A DNA stretch of 63,373 bases, the filler included, from an uncultured Clostridia bacterium (GTDB lineage Bacteria > CAYTYR01 > UBA6262): assembly GCA_964441745.1 (NCBI GenBank). It is 3 parts of 3 records of this genome, joined end to end, with 100 filler letters (N's around TTAATTAATTAA, not from the genome) between each part and the next. Parts side by side here need not be neighbours in the genome. Positions count along the whole stretch, not along the records: positions 1 to 27,421 come from CAYTYR010000021.1; 2 more parts are not named here. One strand, 5' to 3'. Shown piece after piece: positions 1 through 10,263 of this stretch. Below the pieces are notes generated by a model. The model was not told the DNA's origin. It ran no database searches and saw nothing but the letters and a program-made list of their open reading frames with translations. Position numbers and translations under genes: made by a program. The first letter of the stretch is position 1. Each line of letters starts with the position of its first letter.

Positions 1-722
1 CCCAGACTATACCAAAACCAATGGTCGAAATTGGCGGCAAACCTGTCTTATGGCACATTATGAAAACTTATTCTCATTACGGTTTTAACGAATTTGTAAT
101 TTGCTTGGGTTATCGGGGATATATTGTCAAAGAATATTTTTCCCATTATTTCCTGCACATGAGTGATGTAACCATGGATCTGGCCAAAAACAGCATGAGT
201 ATTCATACTACTGCTTCTGAGCCATGGAAAGTAACCATGGTTGATACCGGGCCGGAAACTATGACTGGCGGCCGTTTAAAAAGAATAGAGAAATATATCG
301 GCAATAATCCCTTTATGATGACCTATGGTGATGGTGTAAGCAATATCGACATTCCGGCTTTGGTAAAATTTCACCAGGAGCATAAGACCCTGGCCACAGT
401 TACTGCGGTCCAGCCATTGGGCCGGTTTGGCAGTCTGGATATAGGCGGGGAAGATAAAGTCTCTTCATTCCTGGAAAAACCAAAGGGCGATAATACCTGG
501 ATCAATGCCGGATATTTTGTCTTGCAGCCGGAGGTGTTCAAGTATATTAATGGTGACGATGTATTATGGGAGAAGGAACCAGTGGAAAAACTGGCGCAGG
601 AAGGACAGTTATCAGCTTATCGGCACAATGGTTTCTGGCGTCCGATGGATACCCTCAGGGATAAAAATGAACTGGAACGGCTCTGGCAGTCAGGCCAGGC
701 CCCCTGGAAAGTCTGGAAGTAA
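1..722 (+). CDS. rfbF: Glucose-1-phosphate cytidylyltransferase (5' end lies outside the window)
   Basis: The frame is open upstream of 21 and reads QTIPKPMVEIGGKP. Motifs DTGPETMTGGRL, TYGDG, WINAGYF and GFWRPMDTLRD are typical of RfbF/DdhA. Confidence 0.93.
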   Translation, partial: QTIPKPMVEIGGKPVLWHIMKTYSHYGFNEFVICLGYRGYIVKEYFSHYFLHMSDVTMDLAKNSMSIHTTASEPWKVTMVDTGPETMTGGRLKRIEKYIGNNPFMMTYGDGVSNIDIPALVKFHQEHKTLATVTAVQPLGRFGSLDIGGEDKVSSFLEKPKGDNTWINAGYFVLQPEVFKYINGDDVLWEKEPVEKLAQEGQLSAYRHNGFWRPMDTLRDKNELERLWQSGQAPWKVWK

Positions 723-731
723 GGAGAAGAA

Positions 732-1709
732 ATGACAAAGGAATTCTGGAAAGGCAAAAAAGTATTAATCACCGGGCATGAAGGATTTTTAGGATCTAAC
801 TTAACCAGGCAGCTCTTAGAAAAGGGAGCCAAGATCGTTGGCTTGGATATTTTGGTAAACCGCAAAGAAACTATTTTTACCAAAGAAGAGTACAGGCAGA
901 TCATCACCATCAAAGGGAGTGTAGTAGATTTCCCTTTAGTCAAAAAGATTATTGCTAAACATAAAATCGAAATAATATTTCATGTGGCAGCCGAAGCTAT
1001 TGTCGGGCGTTCTTTAAAAGACCCAATGAATACGTTTCACGCTAATATTGAAGGGACCTGGAATATATTGGAAGCTTGCCGCCAACTGGGAACAGTAGAA
1101 GCGATCGTTGTCGCTTCCAGCGATAAAGCTTATGGCAGCCATAAAATATTACCTTATAAAGAAAATGCTCCTTTGATCGGTAATCATCCGTACGATGTTT
1201 CCAAGAGCTGCGCTGACCTTATTGCTTATACTTATTATCACACCTATAATGTTCCGGTAGCCGTGACCCGGTGCGGCAATATTTATGGCCCAGGAGATTT
1301 TAACTTCAGCCGGATAATCCCGGAGGCCATGAGATGCATGTATTACGGCAGGACGCTGCTCATTCGCAGCGATGGCAAGTTTACCCGGGATTATGTGTAT
1401 GTTGAAGATATTGTCAATGGTTATATCCTCCTGGCCGAGAAACTGAAAAAGCTGAAATTGGCCGGAGAAGCTTTTAATATCAGCGATGAGAATCCGATCT
1501 CGGTGCTTAAACTGTTAGGGCAGTTAAGCAAATTTTCAGGTAGAAAGCTTAATTATAAGATATTGAACCAGGCCCGGTATGAGATCAAGGACCAGTACCT
1601 GGCCTCTGGCAAAGCCCGGAAGATATTAGGCTGGAAACCTAAGTATACCTTGGAACAAGGATTGGAACGCACTGTCGACTGGTATATCCAATACTATAAA
1701 AATAAATGA
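732..1709 (+). CDS. rfbG: CDP-glucose 4,6-dehydratase-like extended SDR
   Basis: ITGHEGFLGS Rossmann motif, SSDKAY (S/T-D-K dehydratase residues), YDVSK, RCGNIYGPGD. Directly follows rfbF, with an AAGGAG SD. Confidence 0.75.
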   Translation: MTKEFWKGKKVLITGHEGFLGSNLTRQLLEKGAKIVGLDILVNRKETIFTKEEYRQIITIKGSVVDFPLVKKIIAKHKIEIIFHVAAEAIVGRSLKDPMNTFHANIEGTWNILEACRQLGTVEAIVVASSDKAYGSHKILPYKENAPLIGNHPYDVSKSCADLIAYTYYHTYNVPVAVTRCGNIYGPGDFNFSRIIPEAMRCMYYGRTLLIRSDGKFTRDYVYVEDIVNGYILLAEKLKKLKLAGEAFNISDENPISVLKLLGQLSKFSGRKLNYKILNQARYEIKDQYLASGKARKILGWKPKYTLEQGLERTVDWYIQYYKNK

Positions 1710-2449
1710 AAATAACTTTCTTGGGCACAAACGGCTGGTATGATACCAGTACCGGCAATACTATCAGTATCCTGGCAGAAACCGCCAAAGCTTATATCGT
1801 CTTTGATGCCGGTAACGGGATATATAAGCTGGGCAGTTTTATTAAAAAACAAAAGCCGGTATATCTTTTCCTGAGCCATCTTCATTTGGACCACATTATC
1901 GGCTTGCATACGCTGGCGAAACTGGCTCTGCCGCCGGGATTGAACGTGGTAGTACCAAACCAGCTCAAGAAGGATTTACAGCGGTTTATGCACTGGCCCT
2001 GGACGATTCCCTTTAATAAGTTGCCTCACTGCCGGGTAAAGCTGCAGGGATTTCATAAATCTATTAAGGCACCGTTTAACATAGAACCTTACCAGCTCAA
2101 TCATCCGTCTCCCTGTTGGGGTTACCGGTTATCCGCTGAGGGTAAGATACTGGCTTACGGGACAGATACGGGACTATGTCCTAATCTTTATAAATTGGCA
2201 GAACAGGCAGATTTATATATCTCTGAATCTTCCTGGTTGCCTGGCGAAACCTACCGGGGCTGGACACATTTGAACCCTGAACAGGCTGCCAGTGTGGCTA
2301 AAAAGGCGCAGGTGAAAAAACTGGTCTTGGCCCATTTTGATGCCAGCCGTTATACGACCATGGCCCAGCGTAAAAAAGCAGAGTTCGCAGCGAGAAAGAT
2401 ATTTAAAAATACTGTCGCGGCAGTAGATGACCAGGTAATAAACTTATAA
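1706..2449 (+). CDS. Metallo-beta-lactamase-fold hydrolase (RNase Z/BN-like phosphodiesterase)
   Basis: FLGT start, DAG, HLHLDH (HxHxDH) metal motif, TDT, and later His residues. ATGA overlap with the upstream gene. Confidence 0.8.
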   Translation: MKITFLGTNGWYDTSTGNTISILAETAKAYIVFDAGNGIYKLGSFIKKQKPVYLFLSHLHLDHIIGLHTLAKLALPPGLNVVVPNQLKKDLQRFMHWPWTIPFNKLPHCRVKLQGFHKSIKAPFNIEPYQLNHPSPCWGYRLSAEGKILAYGTDTGLCPNLYKLAEQADLYISESSWLPGETYRGWTHLNPEQAASVAKKAQVKKLVLAHFDASRYTTMAQRKKAEFAARKIFKNTVAAVDDQVINL

Positions 2450-2456
2450 TTTAAAT

Positions 2457-2491
2457 AATCTGTGTAATCTTCTTTTTAAATCTGTGTAATC
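2457..2491 (+). repeat. AATCTGTGTAATC doublet (dispersed repeat family A)
   Basis: Two identical 13-mers at 2457-2469 and 2479-2491, 22 bp apart. Confidence 0.85.
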
Positions 2492-2516
2492 AATAGGTTT
2501 TCGAAAGGTTTGGCTT

Positions 2517-3401
2517 GTGAGAAAAACTATACTAATAACCGGCGGTTCAGGTTTTATCGGTAAAAACCTGATAGAGCAATTACAGCCTAATTATAATATC
2601 CTGGCTCCCCATCACCAAGAGCTGGAATTGCTGGACCAGGACTCTGTACAGGCGTATTTTAAGAATAATAAGATCGATGTAGTCATTCATTCAGCTACGG
2701 TCCCGGCACACCGTAAAATAAAGGAACCAAAAGATATTGCCTATAAAAATCTCAGGATATTCTTCAATATCGCCAGAAACAGCAGGCAGTTCGCAAAAAT
2801 GATCTTCCTTGGTTCAGGTGCTGAGTATGGCACGCAGGCAGAAGTCAGTAACGCCCGGGAATGTGATTTTGACCGTATAGTGCCCGAAGATGAACACGGT
2901 TTTTCCAAGTATATTTGCTCTAAATACATAGAACAGGCTGATAATATTATTAATTTGCGTTTATTCGGCATTTTCGGCAAATATGAAGATTACCAGATAC
3001 GTTTTATCTCTAATGCAATTTGTAAGGCGCTATTTGACCTGCCTATTACCCTAAATCAAAATCGCAAGTTTTCATATTTATTTATTGATGACTTGGGCCC
3101 AATAGTAGAATATTTTATTGAAAATAAAGCAAAACATAAAATCTATAACATTGTACCTTCGGAAAAAACAGAATTATTAGCCCTGGCAGAACAGGTGAAA
3201 AAGATATCCGGTAAAAAACTGGAAATTAAGGTAAAAAACCCTGGCCTGGGTAAAGAATATACCGGCAACAACAACCTGCTCATGGCAGAAATGAAAAATC
3301 TCAAGTTTACCCCGCTGGAACAAGCGCTAAAACAATTATATGCCTGGTATGAAGGGCATAAAGACACTATTAACAAAGAATTATTAATGGTGGACCCATG
3401 A
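2517..3401 (+). CDS. NAD-dependent epimerase/reductase (extended SDR), NDP-sugar modifying
   Basis: TGGSGFIG, LGSGAEYG; HGFSK where YxxxK is expected. GTG start. Confidence 0.8.
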   Translation: MRKTILITGGSGFIGKNLIEQLQPNYNILAPHHQELELLDQDSVQAYFKNNKIDVVIHSATVPAHRKIKEPKDIAYKNLRIFFNIARNSRQFAKMIFLGSGAEYGTQAEVSNARECDFDRIVPEDEHGFSKYICSKYIEQADNIINLRLFGIFGKYEDYQIRFISNAICKALFDLPITLNQNRKFSYLFIDDLGPIVEYFIENKAKHKIYNIVPSEKTELLALAEQVKKISGKKLEIKVKNPGLGKEYTGNNNLLMAEMKNLKFTPLEQALKQLYAWYEGHKDTINKELLMVDP

Positions 3402-5212
3402 TCAAACTTAGTGATTATATATTCAAGTATTTAGCCGGGCAGGGAGTGCGGGATATTTTCATGATTTCCGGCGGCGGAGCAATGCACTTAGTTGATTCTG
3501 TCGGCCGGAATAAGGACCTGCACTACTGGTGCCCCCATCATGAGCAGGCAGCGGCTATTGCTGCTGAAGGCTATGCCCGTACCACAGGCCAGATGGGATT
3601 GGTAGTAGTTACGAGCGGCCCTGGTGGTACAAATGCGCTCACCGGAGTCATCGGCCAATGGCTTGATTCAATCCCGGTTTTATATATTTCCGGGCAAGTA
3701 AAATATGAAACTACCATCGAATCCTGCCGGGAGATCGGATTAAGGCAGCTGGGAGACCAGGAAATCAATATAACTGATATCGTGCGACCGGTCACCAAAT
3801 ACGCCGCTATTGTGCTTGATCCCAAAAAGATCCGCTATGAGCTGGAAAAGGCGCTGCATTTGGCTACTCATGGCCGGCCAGGACCGGTTTGGATAGATAT
3901 ACCTCTTAATGTCCAAGCGGCCATGATCGACGAAACAGAACTAGCTGCTTATGATCCTGCTGAGGGTGAGATTAAACCGGAGAAAGCCAGCTTGTCTGCG
4001 CAAGTCCAGCAGGTTGTTGAACTGCTTAGAAGCTCAGAGCGTCCTATATTGTTGGCAGGTCATGGCATTCGCATCTCTAAGGCCCAGAAAATATTCAGGG
4101 AGTTTGCGGAGAAAACAGGGATACCAATATTAACGACATTTAATGGTTTTGATCTGGTTCCTACTGATCATCCTTTGTATGCCGGCCGGCCCGGCACCCT
4201 GGGTACCCGGTTTGGTAACTTTGCCCTCCAGAATGCCGATCTATTGATCTCGATAGGATCACGAAATAATATCAGGCAGGTCAGTTATAATTGGCAGATC
4301 TATGCCCGCGGCGCCAAAAAAGTGATCGTAGATATAGATCCGGCTGAATTACATAAACCTACTGTTAAACCCGACCTCCCGATTCTGGCTGATGCCGGTG
4401 ATTTTATCAGGGGACTGTCGAAACAGGCCTGGGAAACTAAACTTCCGGAATGGAAGAAGTGGTTAGCCTGGTGTATTGAACGCAAGGATAAGTATCCGGT
4501 TGTACAGTCTGAATACTGGCAGAAGCAGGAACGGATCAATCCCTATGTTTTTATTGAGCTTTTAACCAAATCTTTGCCGGAAGCGGCAACTGTTGTAGCT
4601 GGAAATGGTACTGCCTGTGTTACTCTGTTCCAGGCTGGAATTGTCAAGGATAAACAAAGAATATTCTGGAATTCAGGATGCGCTTCCATGGGTTATGACT
4701 TACCGGCGGCGATAGGAGCCTGCATAGGTAACGGCAAAAAACCGGTAGTTTGCCTGGCTGGGGATGGCAGCCTGCAGATGAATATCCAGGAACTGCAAAC
4801 AATCATCACATATAATTTACCAATTAAGCTGTTTGTCCTTAACAATAACGGCTATATTTCGATCAAGCAGACACAGGATAATTTTTTCGCCGGCCATTAT
4901 GTGGCCTGTGACCCGAGTAGCGGTGTATGCTTCCCGAATATTCTCAGTGTGGGGGAAGCCTATGGTTTGCCGACCCAACTACTATCTGACCAGGATACTC
5001 TCAAAGAACAGATCGAAAAGATACTGGCTGCACCCGGTCCAATGCTCAGTGAAGTGTTATTGTCAACAACCCAGAAATTTACTCCCCGGGTGTCTTCAGA
5101 AAAGAAACCTGACGGACGGATGATCTCCAAGCCGCTGGAGGATATGTATCCGTTCCTGCCGCGGGAAGAGTTTAAGCAAAACATGATCATCGAACCGCTA
5201 GAAGAGAATTAA
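3398..5212 (+). CDS. ThDP-dependent acetolactate-synthase-like enzyme, YerE-type (branched-chain sugar synthase candidate)
   Basis: Catalytic Glu in HHEQAA, TSGPG, GRPGPVWID, ThDP motif GDGSLQMN...NNNGY. Lies inside a CDP-sugar cluster with no ilvN/ilvC nearby. Confidence 0.85.
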   Translation: MIKLSDYIFKYLAGQGVRDIFMISGGGAMHLVDSVGRNKDLHYWCPHHEQAAAIAAEGYARTTGQMGLVVVTSGPGGTNALTGVIGQWLDSIPVLYISGQVKYETTIESCREIGLRQLGDQEINITDIVRPVTKYAAIVLDPKKIRYELEKALHLATHGRPGPVWIDIPLNVQAAMIDETELAAYDPAEGEIKPEKASLSAQVQQVVELLRSSERPILLAGHGIRISKAQKIFREFAEKTGIPILTTFNGFDLVPTDHPLYAGRPGTLGTRFGNFALQNADLLISIGSRNNIRQVSYNWQIYARGAKKVIVDIDPAELHKPTVKPDLPILADAGDFIRGLSKQAWETKLPEWKKWLAWCIERKDKYPVVQSEYWQKQERINPYVFIELLTKSLPEAATVVAGNGTACVTLFQAGIVKDKQRIFWNSGCASMGYDLPAAIGACIGNGKKPVVCLAGDGSLQMNIQELQTIITYNLPIKLFVLNNNGYISIKQTQDNFFAGHYVACDPSSGVCFPNILSVGEAYGLPTQLLSDQDTLKEQIEKILAAPGPMLSEVLLSTTQKFTPRVSSEKKPDGRMISKPLEDMYPFLPREEFKQNMIIEPLEEN

Positions 5213-5217
5213 ATACA

Positions 5218-5310
5218 AAGGTTGAGATTAAGGTTGAGGTAGGTGAAAAGAATATTAAGATTATTACCTTTCTTAACCTTTGTATTATTAAACCTTAACC
5301 TAAACCTAAG
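5218..5310. repeat. Imperfect palindrome built from 6-bp units (AGGTTG/AGATTA arm versus AACCTT/AACCTA arm)
   Basis: aaggttgagattaaggttgaggtagg ... aaaccttaacctaaacct in the intergenic gap. Confidence 0.55.
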
Positions 5311-5332
5311 TATTAAAAAAGGGGGAGTTAGC

Positions 5333-6136
5333 ATGAATGATTTAGAACTAAAAATGGTGGATATCCTAAAAGAGTTAAAAGATGGCTACGGCGCGATCGG
5401 CATCAGGGCGGAATTTGAAGCTGAAGGCACGAAGCTGGAAGAACTACTGCGGCTCAAGGAAATCTCCATGAAAGCCGGCGTTGGTTTGATCTTGAAAATA
5501 GGCGGCTGCGAATCAGTCCGTGATATGCTGGAGGCCAGGGTTGTTGGCGTGGATTCCCTGGTGGCGCCGATGGTGGAAACAGCTTATGCCCTGCGCAAAT
5601 ACCTGCAGGCGGTAAAAAAAGTATTTCCGGCGGAAGAATTAAAAGATCTTGAAATAATTACTAATATAGAAACTAAAACAGCTTGTAATAATCTGGAAGC
5701 TATGCTGGCGATACCGGAGATTGATCTGCTCAAAGGTATTGATATTGAACGGGTAGACCTGTGTTTTTCTCTGGGTAAGGATGAAAAAGGAATTAATGAT
5801 GACGATGTCAGTGAAATAGCGACCAAAACCATGAAAACAGCTAAAAAGAAAAATCTGATGTGTACTATCGGTGGTGGCGTTTCAGCCCATTCTATACCAT
5901 ACTTTAAAAGCCTGTCAGCAGGTACCTTGGACCGGTATGAAACCAGGAAAGTATGCTTCGACGCGTCCAAAGCATTGATGAAAGATCCGGGAAAAAGCAT
6001 ACTAAAAGCTTTAGGGCTGGAATTATTATGGCTCAAGAATAAAACTTCGTTCTATTCCGGGATCCGCAGAGCGGACCAAGAACGGATGGATCATATAGAA
6101 GAACGTTATCTCCGTGAAATAGTGGCGCTTATCTAA
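5333..6136 (+). CDS. HpcH/HpaI aldolase / citrate lyase beta-like protein, paralog 1
   Basis: KIGGCE, VAPMVET, NIET and RVD (metal-binding Glu and Asp positions). Start moved to ATG 5333, which follows a GGGGGAG SD and aligns with paralog 2. Confidence 0.7.
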   Translation: MNDLELKMVDILKELKDGYGAIGIRAEFEAEGTKLEELLRLKEISMKAGVGLILKIGGCESVRDMLEARVVGVDSLVAPMVETAYALRKYLQAVKKVFPAEELKDLEIITNIETKTACNNLEAMLAIPEIDLLKGIDIERVDLCFSLGKDEKGINDDDVSEIATKTMKTAKKKNLMCTIGGGVSAHSIPYFKSLSAGTLDRYETRKVCFDASKALMKDPGKSILKALGLELLWLKNKTSFYSGIRRADQERMDHIEERYLREIVALI

Positions 6137-6140
6137 AAAA

Positions 6141-6174
6141 AATTACACAGATGTTAAAGATGATTACACAGATT
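6141..6174 (-). repeat. Family A doublet in reverse orientation
   Basis: aattacacagatg (6141-6153) and gattacacagatt (6162-6174), 21 bp apart. Confidence 0.8.
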
Positions 6175-6195
6175 AAATCAAGAGGAGCAGATTAA

Positions 6196-6981
6196 ATGAA
6201 TTTGACAGAAATGAAGATGGTGAATATCCTGAAAGAATTACAGGAAAAATATTATGTAGTCGGAGTTAAAGCTGAGTTTGAGGCTGAAGGAACCAGGACC
6301 GAAGAATTAATGCGCTTAAAAGAGATTTGCCTGGCCGCTAAAGTACCGCTCACTTTAAAAATAGGCGGCTGTGAGGCTGTGCGGGACATGTATGATGCTC
6401 GTTCGATTGGGGTGGAATACCTGGTCGCTCCGATGGTAGAAACAGCGTTTTCGTTACAAAAATATTTACGCGCGGTAAATCTTGTTTTTCCCAAAGATGA
6501 ACAGGCAAAAGTTGAGTTCCTGATTAATATTGAAACTGAAACCGCTTATCAGAATTTTGCAGAAATGATGAAGATCCCGGAAATCAATATTCTAGATGGC
6601 ATTGTTATGGGACGGGTTGATTTTACCGGTTCAATGGGCCTGGACCGCAAAGCAGTAAATAGTGAAAAAGTATTTAATATGACCAAAGACCTGTTAACCC
6701 AGGCCAAGAAACAAAAATTAACCTGTGTAGTAGGCGGAGCTATAGCGGTTGACTCACTACCATTCTTGCTTGATCTGCCTAAAGGGACCTTAGACCGGTA
6801 TGAAACCAGGAAGATTTGTTTCCAGTGTCCGCAGGCGTTGGGAAAGGAAGCTGATAAGGGGATTTCCAAAGCCGTAGAGTTCGAGCTCGCCTGGCTGCAA
6901 AACAAGCGTAACTATTATAAAGCGATTGCTGAAGAAGATGATAACAGAATCGCGATGCTGGAAGAAAGATTTAAAAAATGA
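6196..6981 (+). CDS. HpcH/HpaI aldolase / citrate lyase beta-like protein, paralog 2
   Basis: Colinear with 5333-6136 (AEFEAEGT, KIGGCE, VAPMVET, INIET, GRVD, GTLDRYETRK). GAGGAG SD. Confidence 0.7.
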   Translation: MNLTEMKMVNILKELQEKYYVVGVKAEFEAEGTRTEELMRLKEICLAAKVPLTLKIGGCEAVRDMYDARSIGVEYLVAPMVETAFSLQKYLRAVNLVFPKDEQAKVEFLINIETETAYQNFAEMMKIPEINILDGIVMGRVDFTGSMGLDRKAVNSEKVFNMTKDLLTQAKKQKLTCVVGGAIAVDSLPFLLDLPKGTLDRYETRKICFQCPQALGKEADKGISKAVEFELAWLQNKRNYYKAIAEEDDNRIAMLEERFKK

Positions 6982-7862
6982 AAGAGACGCTGCTCTTTAC
7001 CGGTGGGACAGGTTTTTTAGGCAGTAATATCTTGCGCCGTATCATTGACCTGGATTACTCTTTAATTATTTTAAAAAGAAGCAGCTCAAATATCAACCGG
7101 ATCAAGGATCTCGCCGGTCGCTTGGAATTTTATGACCTGGACAGGGTGGATCTGGAAAAGGTGATCAAGGAACATGAGATCCATAAAATAATTCACTGCG
7201 CCACTAATTACGGCCGGGCAGAATCCAATCCCCTGGAAATCATGGAAGCTAACTTACTGCTTCCTTTGCGGTTGCTGGAGCTGGGTAAAAAATATAAAAT
7301 AAATTGTTTTATCAATACCGACACGATACTGGACAAAGGCATTAATTATTATACCCTATCCAAGAGCCAATTCCGGCAATGGCTGGAGGTTTATGCCGCG
7401 TATAGTGTCTGTATTAACATTGAGTTGGAACATTTCTATGGACCGCACGATGATGATTCAAAATTCGTCACGAATATCGTGCATAAACTCGTAAACAAGG
7501 TTGACCGGATCGACCTGACGGAAGGGAAACAGAAAAGAAGTTTTATTTACATCGATGACGCGGTAGAAGCTTTTATCAAGATCATTGGGTATAGCAATTC
7601 TTTAACTAAAGGATTTTATAATTACCAGGTCGGATCAGGAGAGAAAGTTACGATCCGGGAATTTGTGGAAATGGCTAAGAAGCTGACCAATAACAGTCAG
7701 ACCAGGCTGAATTTCGGGGCTATCCCATACCGGGAAAATGAAGTCATGGATCCCCGGCTGGACCTGTCTGAATTAGCCGCGCTGGGCTGGCGCCAGGAAA
7801 TCCCCCTATCCGAGGGATTGGCTAGAATGATCGCCATTGAAAAGAAAGGATTGCCTCAATGA
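6978..7862 (+). CDS. CDP-paratose/abequose synthase-like 4-reductase (extended SDR)
   Basis: [34 protein letters not shown], as in the Prt/Abe family. Immediately upstream of rfbE. Confidence 0.75.
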   Translation: MKETLLFTGGTGFLGSNILRRIIDLDYSLIILKRSSSNINRIKDLAGRLEFYDLDRVDLEKVIKEHEIHKIIHCATNYGRAESNPLEIMEANLLLPLRLLELGKKYKINCFINTDTILDKGINYYTLSKSQFRQWLEVYAAYSVCINIELEHFYGPHDDDSKFVTNIVHKLVNKVDRIDLTEGKQKRSFIYIDDAVEAFIKIIGYSNSLTKGFYNYQVGSGEKVTIREFVEMAKKLTNNSQTRLNFGAIPYRENEVMDPRLDLSELAALGWRQEIPLSEGLARMIAIEKKGLPQ

Positions 7863-8881
7863 AAATATTAATTACCGGCGGATGCGGTTTCCTGGGTTCA
7901 AACCTGGCTGTTGCAATACCCAAAGGCAAAGAATTAATTATCTTTGATAATCTTTCCCGTTATGGTTCTACTGCAAACCTGGCCTGGTTGAGAAAGAAAA
8001 GAAATTGTACCTTCATCCATCAGGATATCAGGAACCAGGCAGAGGTGGAAAAGGTTATCAAGAGAGAAAAACCAGGACTTATTTATCATCTGGCTGGCCA
8101 GGTAGCTATGACTACGTCCATCAGCAATCCTCGAATGGATTTTGAGGTCAATGCCTTAGGATCTTTAAATGTCCTGGAGGCAGTCAGGAAGTATTCCACT
8201 GCCAGTACCATTATCTACTCATCAACCAATAAAGTGTATGGGGATCTGGAATGGACCTGTTATATCGAAAAACCTAAACGTTATGTTGCTCCTGCTTATG
8301 CTAAAGGGTTCCCTGAAACCATTCCGCTGGAATTTCATTCTCCATATGGCACGTCTAAAGGCAGCGCTGACCAGTATATGCTTGACTATCACCGTATTTT
8401 TGGGCTTAAAACAGTTGTTTTCAGGCATTCTTCAATGTATGGTTCGCGGCAATTTGCTACTGCTGACCAAGGCTGGATCGGCTGGTTTTGCCAGCAAGCC
8501 TGGGAGCAAAAAAAAGGAGTTGCCAAGGGTCCTTTTACCATTTCCGGGAACGGTAAGCAGGTGCGGGATGTTCTCTATGTTGATGACCTGGTATCGCTGT
8601 ATCTGAAAGCAGCCAAAGGGATCAAAGCGATCCAGGGCCAGGCGTTTAATATCGGTGGCTGTATGGCTAACAGCCTATCACTCCTCGAATTATTTGATAT
8701 TTTAGAGAACGAACTACATATTAAATTGAGGTACCGGAAACTCCCGCCGCGGATCAGTGACCAAAAAGTGTTTGTAGCTGATATATCCAAGATTAACCGC
8801 CTCCTGGGCTGGCAACCGCGGGTTGATAAGATAACCGGTATCAGGAAAATGCTGGTATGGATTAAAGGGGAGAAATGTTAA
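7859..8881 (+). CDS. rfbE: CDP-paratose 2-epimerase (CDP-tyvelose epimerase)
   Basis: [72 protein letters not shown] closely match Tyv/RfbE. Confidence 0.9.
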   Translation: MKILITGGCGFLGSNLAVAIPKGKELIIFDNLSRYGSTANLAWLRKKRNCTFIHQDIRNQAEVEKVIKREKPGLIYHLAGQVAMTTSISNPRMDFEVNALGSLNVLEAVRKYSTASTIIYSSTNKVYGDLEWTCYIEKPKRYVAPAYAKGFPETIPLEFHSPYGTSKGSADQYMLDYHRIFGLKTVVFRHSSMYGSRQFATADQGWIGWFCQQAWEQKKGVAKGPFTISGNGKQVRDVLYVDDLVSLYLKAAKGIKAIQGQAFNIGGCMANSLSLLELFDILENELHIKLRYRKLPPRISDQKVFVADISKINRLLGWQPRVDKITGIRKMLVWIKGEKC

Positions 8882-9576
8882 TGCCGGAATTTGATTTAAG
8901 CGTCATTATACCCGCTTATCTCGAAGAAGAAAACTTGAGGATAATTCTGCCCAGGCTGAAATCCGTGTTGGATACATTGTCCATTAAGTATGAGATCAAT
9001 GTCATTGATACCATGGCATCTAAGGATAACAGTAGGGAAGTGTGCCTGGCCAATAATGTAAATTACCGCTCCCGGGAAAAGAGTGATTTTTATGGGGATG
9101 CGGTACGTACCGGGATCAAATATGCCCAGGGCCAAAAGATCATTTTCATGGATGCCGATGGCTCTCATACCCCGGAGTTTATTCCGCGGCTAATGGAGTA
9201 CAGCAGAGATTTTGATGTCGTGATCGCTTCCAGGTATATAGCCGGGGGCATGACGGATAATAGTTTTGTGCTGATACTAATGAGCAAGATCGTTAATATC
9301 GTCTATTCCAAAGTATTAAATTTGCAATGCCAGGATGTCTCCAACAGCTTTAAGCTTTATCAGGCTGAAAGGCTCAAAAACCTGCATCTGTATTCTAATA
9401 ATTTTGATATCGTTGAAGAGATATTATTTAAATTAAAAAAACAAAAGCCTGACCTGACCATAAAGGAAATACCATACACTTTTAAAGAACGCATGTTCGG
9501 GCATACTAAACGAAATCTCATTGTTTTTGCTTTTTCTTATATCTATAGCTTAATTAAGCTGAAATATGGGAAATAA
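8875..9576 (+). CDS. GT2 polyprenyl-phosphate glycosyltransferase (DPM1-like)
   Basis: [41 protein letters not shown]. Start may be ATG 8881. Confidence 0.85.
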   Translation: MLMPEFDLSVIIPAYLEEENLRIILPRLKSVLDTLSIKYEINVIDTMASKDNSREVCLANNVNYRSREKSDFYGDAVRTGIKYAQGQKIIFMDADGSHTPEFIPRLMEYSRDFDVVIASRYIAGGMTDNSFVLILMSKIVNIVYSKVLNLQCQDVSNSFKLYQAERLKNLHLYSNNFDIVEEILFKLKKQKPDLTIKEIPYTFKERMFGHTKRNLIVFAFSYIYSLIKLKYGK

Positions 9577-9594
9577 TCATGTTAGGGGCTGACC

Positions 9595-10263
9595 ATGAAA
9601 AATAAGATAGCTTTTGTAACAGGCGCTTCCCAGGGAATTGGGCAGGCCATTGCTCAAAGATTGCGTCAGGAAGATATAGAAGTCATAGCGCCTCCCATGG
9701 AAGAAATGGACCTGCTTGATGACAAATCTGTAGATAAGTATTTAGCTTCATTAAGGAAGCCTATTGATATCCTGATTAATAATGCCGGGATCAATATCCT
9801 GGGTTCAGGTATTGAAGTAAGTGACGAGACAATTAAACAAATGATGCAAATCAACTTGGTGGCTCCTTTGCGCCTGGTAAGGGCTATTGCCCCGGGTATG
9901 GTAGAGCGGAAATATGGCCGGATTGTGAATATCAGCTCTATCTGGGGAACCATTACTAAGCCCAGGAGAGTAACTTATTCCATGACTAAATCTGGTCTTA
10001 ATGGTATGACGCGCACCTTGGCTGTCGAACTAGCTCCGTATAATGTGCTGGTGAACGCTGTTGCTCCCGGTTATGTCAATACCGATCTGACCAAGCAAAA
10101 TAATTCGGCTGCTGAAATTGAAAAGATCAGGAATTCTATCCCGCTGGGACGTCTGGCAGAGCCTGGCGAGATCGCCGAAGTTGTAGCATTTTTAAGCTCA
10201 GCCAGGAATACTTATATTACCGGCCAAGTGATCGTTACCGACGGTGGTTTCATATGCCTGTAA
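9595..10263 (+). CDS. Classical short-chain dehydrogenase/reductase (FabG-like)
   Basis: TGASQGIG, NNAG, NISS, YSMTK, VAPGYVNT. Confidence 0.88.
   Translation: MKNKIAFVTGASQGIGQAIAQRLRQEDIEVIAPPMEEMDLLDDKSVDKYLASLRKPIDILINNAGINILGSGIEVSDETIKQMMQINLVAPLRLVRAIAPGMVERKYGRIVNISSIWGTITKPRRVTYSMTKSGLNGMTRTLAVELAPYNVLVNAVAPGYVNTDLTKQNNSAAEIEKIRNSIPLGRLAEPGEIAEVVAFLSSARNTYITGQVIVTDGGFICL

Noticed and set aside
3398-5212. Annotation as housekeeping ilvB
   Set aside because: Embedded in a CDP-sugar operon, lacks the AFQE motif (has GDQE) and has no ilv neighbours.
5243-5332. Apparent signal-peptide-like N-terminal extension of aldolase 1
   Set aside because: It is a translation of the hexamer repeat (LNLNLNL). 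The SD and paralog alignment place the start at 5333.
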